Counted from the first letter of the stretch, positions 18,599 to 28,302 are shown. The stretch is DNA of 64,000 nucleotides from an uncultured virus (IMG/VR IMGVR_UViG_3300027782_006468) (IMGVR_UViG_3300027782_006468:1-64000), one strand, 5' to 3'. Numbers and translations: made by a program. The notes: generated by a model from the sequence alone, not told the origin.

Positions 18599-20254
18599 AT
18601 GCTTACATACATCAAAGAACTTGCCATAATACCACAAGATACATGTGAAAAACTTGCTGTTGTTGTCACATACAACCGTAAAGAATTTGTATCTAAATGG
18701 TTGAAAGCTTGGAACAATGCAGAGCATTATGGCGTTAAACTAGCTGTAATTCATACATTTGAAGGCGATAAACCAAAACAAGATGAAATGGAAAATATAC
18801 TTCAATATAAACCAACCTATTATATTCCAGTACATAATAGCATATTAAGAGATTTTGGACCACTTATGATGGTTCTGAAAAATCTCACAGAACTTCCAAA
18901 TTGGGAATATCTCTTCTGGTTCACAGACGATATGCTTCCGATGAGAAGAACATTCCTTCGTCCTTTTGTTGAAAAAATAATCTCACCAGATGTTGGACTT
19001 GTAGCTCAATGTTATGAACCAAAAACTACATCTGGTGGCGGTGGACACATAAGAACCATAGCCTATGCGACAAAAAGAGAAGTAACCGACAAGCTTAAAC
19101 TTCCAGATCCAAAAATACAAGGTGGAAATTGCGGATTTGCATTTGAATACCACGCAGGAAGCCACATACTAGAACAAGTGACTAATCTAGGATATAGATT
19201 CGAATTAGCACATGGTGGTCTTCCCGATTCTTTAGGCTATCAGCATTGGACTTCATTCCTTGATTGGATGTGGGATTGTCATCTTCTTGGTTCTTGGACA
19301 GAATATTTGGATGTTTATGAAGAACAATTCAAATCAATTCAAAGGATTGAACATGCCTCTGGTAAAATTGAAACTTTACTTTCTATTGGCGAATGCGAAA
19401 AAAGAACTTTAAGTCAAAAAAAATTATCATTTTTGATCGAATCCTCTTATTTTTCATCTTCGTGTGATTTTGTCACTTGTATTGCTTCTATTTTAAACAA
19501 TTTCCCAAACAAATATCTAGAAGAAATAATCATCGGAATTCATGGAAATGATGAAGATGTATTAGATCAAAAACAAATAATTTTACAAGAAATTAAAAAA
19601 AATTGTTCAACCATACCAATCTCTTTTATTCGAACATCTAATGGAACTAAATCATCAATAATAAAAGATCAACTTGTATTGATGTGTAAAAGTGAATCTT
19701 ATGCACTTCTAGATGACACGGTAAAAATTGAAAAAGGAGATTGGGAAAAGCATATGGATAATTTTTTCTCAAATGATAATTTAGCAATTATTTGTTGGCA
19801 AAGAAATAATGCCACGAAACTTAAATGCGAAAATGAAAAAATGCAAATGCCAAGTATATCCGATAAATTCATTATATGTAAAAAACATATAATGAAAGAA
19901 ATTAATGCAAGTTGGGAAGATTATGAAATTGAATTTAAATTTGGAATAAGCAATTTTGTCAGTTATAATAAATTTATACAATGGCATGAAAAAAATAAAA
20001 GTATAATTAGCAGACGACCAGAAGAAGACAAGTATTTTGAAAAAATTGTATTAAAAAGCGGTTCATTTGTAATTGATAAAATTATAAATAACAATTACAC
20101 AATTGATAAAATTGATGCAGAAATGATTGTTGAAATAAAAGAATCAGATTGTGGAATTTTTAGAAACACAGAAATAAACAATAATTTTTTTGTTAATATT
20201 AAAAACATCATTGAGATAGAAAAGTTAAATTCTCAGGAACAAGTAATTTCTTAA
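18599..20254 (+). CDS. two-domain glycosyltransferase-like protein
   Basis: N-domain LAVVVTYNR...LFWFTDD; C-domain is a degenerate paralog of 17638..18588. Confidence 0.7.
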   Translation: MLTYIKELAIIPQDTCEKLAVVVTYNRKEFVSKWLKAWNNAEHYGVKLAVIHTFEGDKPKQDEMENILQYKPTYYIPVHNSILRDFGPLMMVLKNLTELPNWEYLFWFTDDMLPMRRTFLRPFVEKIISPDVGLVAQCYEPKTTSGGGGHIRTIAYATKREVTDKLKLPDPKIQGGNCGFAFEYHAGSHILEQVTNLGYRFELAHGGLPDSLGYQHWTSFLDWMWDCHLLGSWTEYLDVYEEQFKSIQRIEHASGKIETLLSIGECEKRTLSQKKLSFLIESSYFSSSCDFVTCIASILNNFPNKYLEEIIIGIHGNDEDVLDQKQIILQEIKKNCSTIPISFIRTSNGTKSSIIKDQLVLMCKSESYALLDDTVKIEKGDWEKHMDNFFSNDNLAIICWQRNNATKLKCENEKMQMPSISDKFIICKKHIMKEINASWEDYEIEFKFGISNFVSYNKFIQWHEKNKSIISRRPEEDKYFEKIVLKSGSFVIDKIINNNYTIDKIDAEMIVEIKESDCGIFRNTEINNNFFVNIKNIIEIEKLNSQEQVIS

Positions 20255-20801
20255 GGCTTTCTTCAGTTACAATTACTTCTCCAAATTGTCTGTGCCATCC
20301 TCGTCTCTTGCCCTTATATACAGTATTTCCTTCAAGGAAATACTGTATAGCCTTACGAGTTCTTTCAGCATAAAAGTTGCTATAAAGAGCCTCTTCAAAA
20401 TTATCTAAAGAAATATCATAGGAACTAGAAGATCTCAATAAAATTGTAAATAAGGATCTTCTCATCGTGTATTTCAGCCACCACTTACTTGGCTTTACAT
20501 ACATAATATGTTTTTTTTGAGTAGGACCAAAAATACTTTTTTCTTGAACATTTAAAATCGTTTCTATTTTTTCAAAAAAAGCATTTAGTGATTTATTTCT
20601 TGAGACTGGATGAGCATAAAAAAATAGTTTGGCATTATACATTTGATTGTGCCAAATCTCTCTGCAATGATACCAATTCTTGACAACATATCTTTCGTTT
20701 TTTATTCCATTCGGTTTCCCGAAAGAACCAATAGAAGGACGATATACAGTATCGATTAAAATCATATCACCAATATTATTCGCTTTTTTCTTTGTCATCA
20801 A
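20208..20801 (-). CDS. hypothetical protein
   Basis: 197-aa ORF in the operon downstream of dnaE-C. Confidence 0.65.
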   Translation of the reverse strand: MMTKKKANNIGDMILIDTVYRPSIGSFGKPNGIKNERYVVKNWYHCREIWHNQMYNAKLFFYAHPVSRNKSLNAFFEKIETILNVQEKSIFGPTQKKHIMYVKPSKWWLKYTMRRSLFTILLRSSSSYDISLDNFEEALYSNFYAERTRKAIQYFLEGNTVYKGKRRGWHRQFGEVIVTEESLKKLLVPENLTFLSQ

Positions 20802-21255
20802 TGCTATCTACGATTTTTGCTGTTATTTTACACTTTTTATTCGATGCGTCTAAAAACTCATCCATGTTTTTTACATTTATCAATACCCAATGAGGATCAT
20901 TTGAAGGAAAATTTTCTTTTTGTGTATAATAAAAAGATTCCAAAGTATATTTGTAAACCTTTTTTTCAACATCTTCTTTAGTCATTCCATAAACAAGATC
21001 ATCACAAACTTCTCTTACTATACGAATAGATTCCTTTTCTGTGGCACAACCAAGATTCCTCATTACAGAAACAGCTGCTTCTGCTTTGTCTTTATGCAAC
21101 AAATCAATTATATTTTTCTTCATAAGACCATCAATAAATTCAGCAATTGCGGTATACTTTACCATAATCTGACCTTTTTGTGGCTTATGTCTTCTGACAT
21201 CAAAAAAATACTGCTCAAAGTTATTCTCATCAATAATCAATTCTGAATCGCTCAT
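20776..21255 (-). CDS. hypothetical protein
   Basis: 159-aa ORF coupled to dnaE-C. Confidence 0.7.
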   Translation of the reverse strand: MSDSELIIDENNFEQYFFDVRRHKPQKGQIMVKYTAIAEFIDGLMKKNIIDLLHKDKAEAAVSVMRNLGCATEKESIRIVREVCDDLVYGMTKEDVEKKVYKYTLESFYYTQKENFPSNDPHWVLINVKNMDEFLDASNKKCKITAKIVDSIDDKEKSE

Positions 21256-21256
21256 A

Positions 21257-23974
21257 TTATTCCTCTAAACACTTTTCAAATTGTTTCAAAACTTCATCAT
21301 CCGTTTGATATTTTTCATCATCAGAGGCAGGGTTTTTCAACACAATAACCCTAAAATCTAACTCCTTAGTTGGATATTTCTGTTGCCATCTTTTGTTTGG
21401 ATCTCTCAGATTCCTTTCTAATGAATACCCATTAAATCCTCCAGATGGCGGAGAAAGCCTCACTCTAAGTAAGTTATCTTTCTTTAATTCTTCTTCCCAT
21501 CTAAAAACATCTTCTTCCCAAAAGAATATTCTGTTTTTTTCTCCCATAGCATCTTCGGCTTCTATAGAGATATAATCTTTTCCATTTTTGGTTTTGTTTT
21601 TTTTTGTAGACAAAACTTTAATCTCGACAGGAACAATGCAATTTTCATGTTCCCGCAAAATTTGAAATGTATACCCCTTAAAATCAGAGCTTTTCTCCAA
21701 GTCATGTTCCCATGCAAATCCATAATATTTCAACTCACAAGATGAAACGCTTCTCAATTCTTTGGCAAATGTTTTATCTATCTGATGATCATCGGAATTG
21801 AAATCAACAAGTTTTGGCAAATCAAAAACCTTAGATTCATCAAACTTTTTAATCGCCCTTTGTCTTCTTGCCCATATTTTTTTCAATTCTTTTAACTTAT
21901 TGTAAGTTTTCTTGACCAACATTTTTTTATAAAATCTTTCAGTCTGAACTTCTACAAAGTCATCAGTGCCTTTGACCTTAATATATTCAACCTCAATTCT
22001 TCTTTCTCCAGTAGTACTTTCGACAATTTTTTCAGTTTCTATGATTTCATCAATATCATATTTTTTCCATTCTGGATCATCGAAAACATTATCGCCAACC
22101 AAATCAGTTAACTTTCTAGATTCTCCAACACAAATTTTAGAAAAATCTTCTTCGTAATTTTCCATGCCGTCTATAAATCTTTTTCTCTTGTCCTCTATTT
22201 TTTTAACAGCAGATTTATAATGTTCGTAAAATTTCCAAAGCGTAATTGGATCAGCATCTTTGAAGCAACGCAATCCAACAAGTGCTTTTAATATGCTAGC
22301 ATCTGTTCCAAACTTAAAAAGAAAATCTTCAAAATTTGCATATGGCTGATTATCAACAATTTTTTTCGCTGGTATTTCTCCTACGCCTTTAATGTTTGAC
22401 AATCCATAATAGATAACATCATCAACAAGAGAAAAGGTTTCTTTAGACTTATTTATATCGACCTTTTCCATCTCAACATCATGCCGTCTTGCCTCTATCT
22501 TGTAGTCCTTTATTTTATCGCTCAATGTTTCGCAGCTAAGAACAGCAGCGTAAAATTCTTGAGGATGATGAGCCTTTAGATATAATAATCGAGAAGAAAC
22601 ATAGGTATAAGCAACGGAATGACTCATATTGAAGCCATATTCTGCGAAAGATTTTATCTGTTCCCACAAGCTCTGAACTTCTTCCTGAGTAGCATCTAGA
22701 TTTTTTTGTCCATTTTCAATAAACATAATTTCATATTTCTTAAAAGCTTCTGCCTTCTTTTTAGAAATAGCTTTTCTTACAACTTCACAATCTCTTAAAG
22801 GAATTTCACCAACAATATTTAAAATTTTCATAATCTGTTCTTGAAAAACCATAACTCCATATGTGTTTCCAAGAATAGGCTCAATCAATGGATGTAAGGT
22901 GTATTCTTCTTCTTCTTTTTTTCTTTTCGTATATCTTTCATGCATTAACATGCCAAGAGGACCGGGGCGATACAAAGCCGTATATGCAACTAAATCTTCA
23001 AATCTATCAACACCACCAGCTTTTACCAATCTTCTTATGCCTTCTGAATCAAATTGAAATATGCATTTCAAATCACCTTCATTTGCCATAGCCAAAGATT
23101 TTTGATCATTTCTCCAAGAAGAAACATCTGTCCAATCAGAGTCATCATTGTTAGCACATATGCTTTTTATATTTTTTCTTTTTTTGACCAATTCGCAACA
23201 TGTAGATATTTGTTTTAAATTAGAAATTACAAGCAAATCAAATTTAACCAAACCTACTGGTTGTAAGTCTTGACCATTAAGACCTTCCACCCAAGCAGAT
23301 GCTTGCGGATTATCTTTTCTTTTTACTAATGGAACCATATCGGACAAAGGAACTGAACTTATAATCAAACCTCCAGCATGTTGACCCATACCTCTATTTC
23401 TATTGATTAACTTGTGTGCTGCCGCAGTTGCTTCGGGATGATCTTCACAATATTTTTTCAATTTTGGATACAATTCCATGGCAGATTCCCATGTCATAAC
23501 ATTCCCATCTTCATCTTTTGAATCAAGATTCTTGGTAAGTTCAAGTATTTCTTCTCTAGGATTGTCATGAACCCGTGCCATATCAATCAAGGCACTCTTC
23601 ATTCCAAAAGTTGTATAGTTGCTAATATTACAAACATATTCTTCACCAAAAGTTTCTAAAGCCCACTTGTTTTTTAAATAATCACGAACTTCAGACAAAT
23701 AATCCACATCAATATCTGGCATATCGCCTTGGACAAATTTTGGATCAACATCGACATTAAAATCATCACATATACCAAGAAGCCAAGGAACAATGATATT
23801 GTTTGTATTTTTAAATTTATTTTTCTCGCTAAATAATTTCAAAAAATATTCAGCTTTTCCTTGAACATCTATTTCTCGAAGCTCCCACTCAAGCCTTTTG
23901 CGATATTTTTCTCCAAGATTTCTTTTGTCGAAAACATGCCACAAACCTTTTTCTAATTTTTGAAAAGCATTCAT
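21257..23974 (-). CDS. dnaE: DNA polymerase III alpha, C-terminal part (catalytic palm, fingers, HhH, OB)
   Basis: MPDIDVD, GQHAGG, GLVKFDLL, IFQFDS, ALYRPGP, VFQEQIM, YGFNMSHS, GLSNIKGVG; no PHP domain; GGAG RBS. Confidence 0.93.
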   Translation of the reverse strand: MNAFQKLEKGLWHVFDKRNLGEKYRKRLEWELREIDVQGKAEYFLKLFSEKNKFKNTNNIIVPWLLGICDDFNVDVDPKFVQGDMPDIDVDYLSEVRDYLKNKWALETFGEEYVCNISNYTTFGMKSALIDMARVHDNPREEILELTKNLDSKDEDGNVMTWESAMELYPKLKKYCEDHPEATAAAHKLINRNRGMGQHAGGLIISSVPLSDMVPLVKRKDNPQASAWVEGLNGQDLQPVGLVKFDLLVISNLKQISTCCELVKKRKNIKSICANNDDSDWTDVSSWRNDQKSLAMANEGDLKCIFQFDSEGIRRLVKAGGVDRFEDLVAYTALYRPGPLGMLMHERYTKRKKEEEEYTLHPLIEPILGNTYGVMVFQEQIMKILNIVGEIPLRDCEVVRKAISKKKAEAFKKYEIMFIENGQKNLDATQEEVQSLWEQIKSFAEYGFNMSHSVAYTYVSSRLLYLKAHHPQEFYAAVLSCETLSDKIKDYKIEARRHDVEMEKVDINKSKETFSLVDDVIYYGLSNIKGVGEIPAKKIVDNQPYANFEDFLFKFGTDASILKALVGLRCFKDADPITLWKFYEHYKSAVKKIEDKRKRFIDGMENYEEDFSKICVGESRKLTDLVGDNVFDDPEWKKYDIDEIIETEKIVESTTGERRIEVEYIKVKGTDDFVEVQTERFYKKMLVKKTYNKLKELKKIWARRQRAIKKFDESKVFDLPKLVDFNSDDHQIDKTFAKELRSVSSCELKYYGFAWEHDLEKSSDFKGYTFQILREHENCIVPVEIKVLSTKKNKTKNGKDYISIEAEDAMGEKNRIFFWEEDVFRWEEELKKDNLLRVRLSPPSGGFNGYSLERNLRDPNKRWQQKYPTKELDFRVIVLKNPASDDEKYQTDDEVLKQFEKCLEE

Positions 23975-24048
23975 AAGTAACTCCAAATAAAATGAATTAA
24001 TATTGTATCACGAAATCTAAATAAATCTAGTCAACAAAAGGAGCATAT

Positions 24049-24420
24049 ATGAATTCATCAAAAGAACAGATATTAAAACTTTCTGGTTTGATAAACGAAC
24101 AACAAGCAGAATTGTCAATTGAAGAATTTGCAGAAAAAAGACATGCTGGTGCAGAAAAAATTGCAAATGCCGCAAAAGAAAAAGGTGGCGTTGCATTACT
24201 TACCTATGATCATTTTCATGTCAAATTACCTTATTACAAAAAAACATCAGAAGGAAAATTCAATCGTAAAAAACTTCAAGAAGAATATAAAGAGTTATGC
24301 TCTGAGCTTCATTCCTATATGGATGATATCGCAAGTATAGACCAATCTAAATTTCAAAAATTAGTTGGCAAAATAGAAGTTGTAGGAGAATTGCTTATAA
24401 AAAACAAAAAGAGCCTCTAG
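24049..24420 (+). CDS. hypothetical protein
   Basis: 123-aa ORF with AAGGAG RBS and CTAAATA upstream. Confidence 0.7.
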   Translation: MNSSKEQILKLSGLINEQQAELSIEEFAEKRHAGAEKIANAAKEKGGVALLTYDHFHVKLPYYKKTSEGKFNRKKLQEEYKELCSELHSYMDDIASIDQSKFQKLVGKIEVVGELLIKNKKSL

Positions 24421-24444
24421 AAAACTAGAGACTCTTTTTTTTTT
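24406..24444. terminator. bidirectional intrinsic terminator (stem fully paired on minus strand)
   Basis: GAGCCTCTAG-AAAA-CTAGAGACTC flanked by A and T tracts; the plus-strand C.A mismatch is a U.G pair on minus. Confidence 0.85.
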
Positions 24445-24650
24445 GACTTCGATTTAAAGTTGCTCAAGATCCGATCCCGATCTCGATTAATTTTGGCGAG
24501 TTACTAAGGAATGTGTGGAAAACTAAAACCCACACTTGAAAGTCAACACAACTTTATTCTTTCAGTCTATCTCTGTGCCAGAGTCTCAAATTTGCCAAAT
24601 TTAAGAATAAGAGTTTTGCACTTTAGTTTATTTAAAGAACACGAAGTCGT
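24445..24650 (-). ncRNA. candidate structured ncRNA (~205 nt), 6S-like topology
   Basis: Non-coding gap whose ends pair (GACUUCG/CGAAGUC), with nested stems AAAGUGC/GCAACUUU and AAUUUGGC/GCCAAAAUU and several internal hairpins; ends at a minus-strand terminator. Confidence 0.5.
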
Positions 24651-24662
24651 GGCTAAGATTGA

Positions 24663-25169
24663 TTACTTATTTTCTGGTAATGGTTTAAATTCAATAATAG
24701 GCTTTGAATCTTTTATAGGATCAACTTGTGGCTTCGAAGAGTCTGTAGCCTTGCTTGGCATCGTCTTTTTTGGATTTTGACTAGCTCCGCTAACAGCAGG
24801 ACAATTCATATCATCACAAGCTTTGTGATAACCTTCTTCATAGGAAATGGTTCGAACATAGTCAACTTGATCCATTCCACGATAATATCCACTATGCCAA
24901 ATTGAAGAAATTTCATTTTCTTCTGGTTTTACATTATTGACAATAGATAATATTCCTTCAATCTTTCCTTGTCCTTTTGCATTTTCCATCATGCCATCAC
25001 GATGACTATTTATTTGACTGTATAATAACTCTGTGTAACCGCTTTGTTGCAAACGATCTTTTTGATCCATCAAGTTAGTAATATCCTTATATGTGTCAAT
25101 TCGATAAATTTGATACGCATTGACAATCAAAGAAAATCCCAAAACAGTACACAAAACATAATTGCTCAT
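24663..25169 (-). CDS. membrane-anchored hypothetical protein
   Basis: N-terminal TM segment; GYYRG/YEEGY repeats; GAGGAG RBS. Confidence 0.7.
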   Translation of the reverse strand: MSNYVLCTVLGFSLIVNAYQIYRIDTYKDITNLMDQKDRLQQSGYTELLYSQINSHRDGMMENAKGQGKIEGILSIVNNVKPEENEISSIWHSGYYRGMDQVDYVRTISYEEGYHKACDDMNCPAVSGASQNPKKTMPSKATDSSKPQVDPIKDSKPIIEFKPLPENK

Positions 25170-25316
25170 CCCACTCTCCTCAAATTAAATAGTCCTTAAA
25201 TTCAGTAACGAAAAGTAAAATATCACATTTTTTTTTTAAAATCAAGTCATTGAGACAATTATTTTCATATTTCTTCCTTATATATAAGGAAAGACATTCC
25301 GTAAGAGGAGATTACC

Positions 25317-26285
25317 ATGGCGTTTAAGAAATTTAGAGAATATTTAAAAGACGAAAAAAATATCGTTGAAAAACCAGAAGTGCAAAAAGTTCCCGACTAT
25401 AAAGGACCTTCTAGCTCTGCTCCACCACAAGCAAAAATGGATAAAAATGCTGGTGGTCATGGTTACAAGGGTTCTGCAAAGCCTTACAGTGCAGGGAAAA
25501 ATGCTGCCAATCCAAACAAATCAGAAAAAGGATTTGCACACGAAGGCGACAAAGATCTGAAATATGAACCTAAAGTCGATGTCGATACTAAAGATCCAGC
25601 AAAAGGCGAAGAACTTAAATCTTGGCATAAATCCAAAAGTGTATCTGAATGGCTCCAAAAAACACGCAAATTAAGCAATGCTGGCTTTATAAAAGGAATG
25701 CAAAATGAAGGTATTGCCTATGGAGTTATAAAAGAAACTATAACCGAATGTGCAAAATCAAATAGAAATGTCGCTCAACTTGTCATGGAAATGAAACGAA
25801 ATAAATTGCTTAAATCTTTGATTTCTGAGATTTGCAGTCACGAATCTGCAATTCCTGCGATTCTTTCAGAAATCAAAAAAAATAGTTTGTTCTTAAAGTA
25901 CTTAAATGAATTTCATGATATGGACCATGATGAAAATAATAGTGATGATGAAGAACCTATGGAAATGGATGATGAAGAACCTATGGAAATGGATGATGAT
26001 GAATCCATGGGTGATGACGATGAATCCATGGGTGATGACGATGAATCCATGGGTGATGATGATGAATCCATGGGCGATGACGATGAATCCATGGATGATG
26101 ACGATGAATCCATGGGTGATGATGATGAATCCATGGGTGATGATGATGAATCCATGGGTGATGACGATGAATCCATGGGCGATGATGATGACGAATCTGC
26201 TCTTTCCAACCCAATTGGAAAACACCATGCAAGAAAAGCATTGAAAAAAATGGGACCACCACCCGGTCCTTCTAGTGAATTCTAA
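25317..26285 (+). CDS. hypothetical protein with capsid-targeting-like N-terminus and acidic repeat tail
   Basis: MAFKKFREYLKDE start; GAGGAG RBS; DDDESMG repeats. Confidence 0.8.
   Translation: MAFKKFREYLKDEKNIVEKPEVQKVPDYKGPSSSAPPQAKMDKNAGGHGYKGSAKPYSAGKNAANPNKSEKGFAHEGDKDLKYEPKVDVDTKDPAKGEELKSWHKSKSVSEWLQKTRKLSNAGFIKGMQNEGIAYGVIKETITECAKSNRNVAQLVMEMKRNKLLKSLISEICSHESAIPAILSEIKKNSLFLKYLNEFHDMDHDENNSDDEEPMEMDDEEPMEMDDDESMGDDDESMGDDDESMGDDDESMGDDDESMDDDDESMGDDDESMGDDDESMGDDDESMGDDDDESALSNPIGKHHARKALKKMGPPPGPSSEF
25944..26197 (+). repeat. coding tandem repeat: 2 x 24 nt (DDEEPMEM) then 9 x 21 nt (DDDESMG)
   Basis: GATGA(T/C)GATGAATCCATGG(GT/GC/AT) units seen directly. Confidence 0.95.
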
Positions 26286-26319
26286 AAAAAGCAAGCTCCG
26301 AAAGGGGCTTACTTTTTTA
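26284..26319 (+). terminator. intrinsic terminator
   Basis: AAGCTCC-GAAA-GGGGCTT stem with GNRA loop followed by a T tract. Confidence 0.85.
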
Positions 26320-26350
26320 TAGCAGGAGGCTTTATCATAGCAGGAGGCTA

Positions 26351-27043
26351 ATGATTTTACATGGAAGTAAAGAAAAAATCTTAATTTGTATGCCCACCTA
26401 TCACTCTAAAATGGAGTGGCTTGTTCGATCTGTAGATTCATTGCACTTTCAAACATATAAGAATTTTGATTGCTATGTTGTAAAAGATGGATGCTCAGAA
26501 TCATGCACATTTACCAATTTTGAAAAAACATGTATTGAATGTGCAGATTGCAAAAAAACAAGAATATTTTTTGAAAAAGTTTGCAAGGCAGATTCTAGAT
26601 TTAAATTTTTTACATTGCCAATACATCATAGCGGTGCAGGTTGGGGTCCAAGAAATTTTGCCATCATGAATACACATCACAATTACATTGGATATCTTGA
26701 TGATGATAATTGGTATGAAAAAGATCATATAGAATTACTTTATAAAACAATAACTGAAACCAAAAGCGACATGTGCTACACAGGAACCAGACTTTACGAT
26801 CACAACAAAAAAGTTGTCGGAGAAAGAATTCATAATGATATTCCAAAAGCTGGTTATATAGATACTTCTGAGATTATGCACACTAGATACCTTATAGAAA
26901 AACACGGAGGTTGGCGCTATGTAAAAAAGTGCAATGATTGGGATATAGTTTCAAGATGGGTTCCCGATGTGAAATGGAGTCACACCAACAAGGTAACACT
27001 TAATTTCTTTCTGAGGGATGGATGCGGAATACACAGGAAATAA
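26351..27043 (+). CDS. family 2 glycosyltransferase
   Basis: ICMPTY, YVVKDG, PRNFAI, IGYLDDDN, IDTSEIMH, DWD. Confidence 0.9.
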   Translation: MILHGSKEKILICMPTYHSKMEWLVRSVDSLHFQTYKNFDCYVVKDGCSESCTFTNFEKTCIECADCKKTRIFFEKVCKADSRFKFFTLPIHHSGAGWGPRNFAIMNTHHNYIGYLDDDNWYEKDHIELLYKTITETKSDMCYTGTRLYDHNKKVVGERIHNDIPKAGYIDTSEIMHTRYLIEKHGGWRYVKKCNDWDIVSRWVPDVKWSHTNKVTLNFFLRDGCGIHRK

Positions 27044-28302
27044 AACAGTTCATCCAGAAGTGGAAAAACTTCACCGATCCTTCCACGCAAATTCCTTACG
27101 ACTACAAACCAATATGCAAAGATTTACTTCTACACGATGAAGAACTTGTTGTCGAAACAATAGACATACTGAAAAGAAACATATCGTCTTGGGCAGAAAA
27201 AAATTCCGAAATTTATGAAAGTAAAAAAGCCTTTACTTTTTTGGAAAAAAAAGATCTCAACGATAAAAGCAAATGGTATGTAAAATCCTTGGAAAAGGAA
27301 TCCATGCCAATGAAAAGTAGCGGAAGCACCACTGGCGAGGGATTTGAATACTTGCGATGGGAACCTTTCCTTTATTTCATCGAAGGAGAAAACCACTACG
27401 ACCTTATTCTGGATGAGTACGAAATACCACAGAACCCACACATCATGTACTTTTTTAATTCCTCGTTCGGAAGTGGTCCAAGACACATAAACAACACATC
27501 GAAAAGCAAGAACTTCATGGAACACCACGGAACGAAAAGAACCGCAATGGTTCATTATGCAAACACAAAACTCCAAAAAGAAAAAGAAGAAGTATTCCAA
27601 AAATATCTACTCAAGTATTTAAATGCAAAAAAAATGGATGTAATATTCGCTCCCGGTCCACAAATAAAAAAAATATGCTCTTATATAAAAAAGGAAAACT
27701 ATAAGGGTAAACTGTGCAACTTGTTAAGTAATAGCAATGAGAAACTTCTAGATGAGGATGCTAAGTTCCTTCTGGAAAACAAATATGTATCACATATATG
27801 CGACCACATGCGGTGTTGGGATGGTGGTGCTTCATTCTTCACATGCAAAGACAAGAACTATCACTTGATGGACAACCTTTCTTGGTGTGTCGAAAACGAA
27901 GAAAGACTTATATCAACCGATTACTTCTCCTTGGCTTGTCCTTTCGTAAAATTCTGGAATGGCGATAGGTGCAAGATAGGCGAGAAATACCAGAGATGTT
28001 CTTGCGGAAGGTTGTACAGAGATTTTAAATTCTTAGAGAATCGACCCTTCGCCATAAAAGGGCATTCGATCAACGAGTATAAGAAAAAGCTCATGGAAAC
28101 TGGTCTTACAGAGATAAAACAGGTGAATTGCGGAAATGATTTCATAGAGATCGTATCTAATAAGGAAATAGATCCATCCAAGAAAGATGAAGTTGCCAAA
28201 ATATTTAAGTCTCACAAGTTGAGATTCAAGGTTATTCCAGACCAAATATTGGCATCGCAAAAAGTACAGAACAGAAATCCATCTGGAAAGGATGGAGACT
28301 AA
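27022..28302 (+). CDS. phenylacetate-CoA ligase/CapK-like adenylate-forming enzyme (divergent)
   Basis: KEDL-like EKKDL, SSGSTTG P-loop, LISTD, PFVKFWNGD, CSCGR. Confidence 0.7.
   Translation: MRNTQEIKQFIQKWKNFTDPSTQIPYDYKPICKDLLLHDEELVVETIDILKRNISSWAEKNSEIYESKKAFTFLEKKDLNDKSKWYVKSLEKESMPMKSSGSTTGEGFEYLRWEPFLYFIEGENHYDLILDEYEIPQNPHIMYFFNSSFGSGPRHINNTSKSKNFMEHHGTKRTAMVHYANTKLQKEKEEVFQKYLLKYLNAKKMDVIFAPGPQIKKICSYIKKENYKGKLCNLLSNSNEKLLDEDAKFLLENKYVSHICDHMRCWDGGASFFTCKDKNYHLMDNLSWCVENEERLISTDYFSLACPFVKFWNGDRCKIGEKYQRCSCGRLYRDFKFLENRPFAIKGHSINEYKKKLMETGLTEIKQVNCGNDFIEIVSNKEIDPSKKDEVAKIFKSHKLRFKVIPDQILASQKVQNRNPSGKDGD

Noticed and set aside
24511..24780. 89-aa plus-strand ORF
   Set aside because: Lies downstream of a terminator, overlaps a better minus-strand gene and the structured RNA candidate, and has no recognisable features
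25902..26294. His-, Ser- or Met-rich ORFs in alternative frames
   Set aside because: Shadows of the 21-nt tandem repeat in the real plus-strand gene
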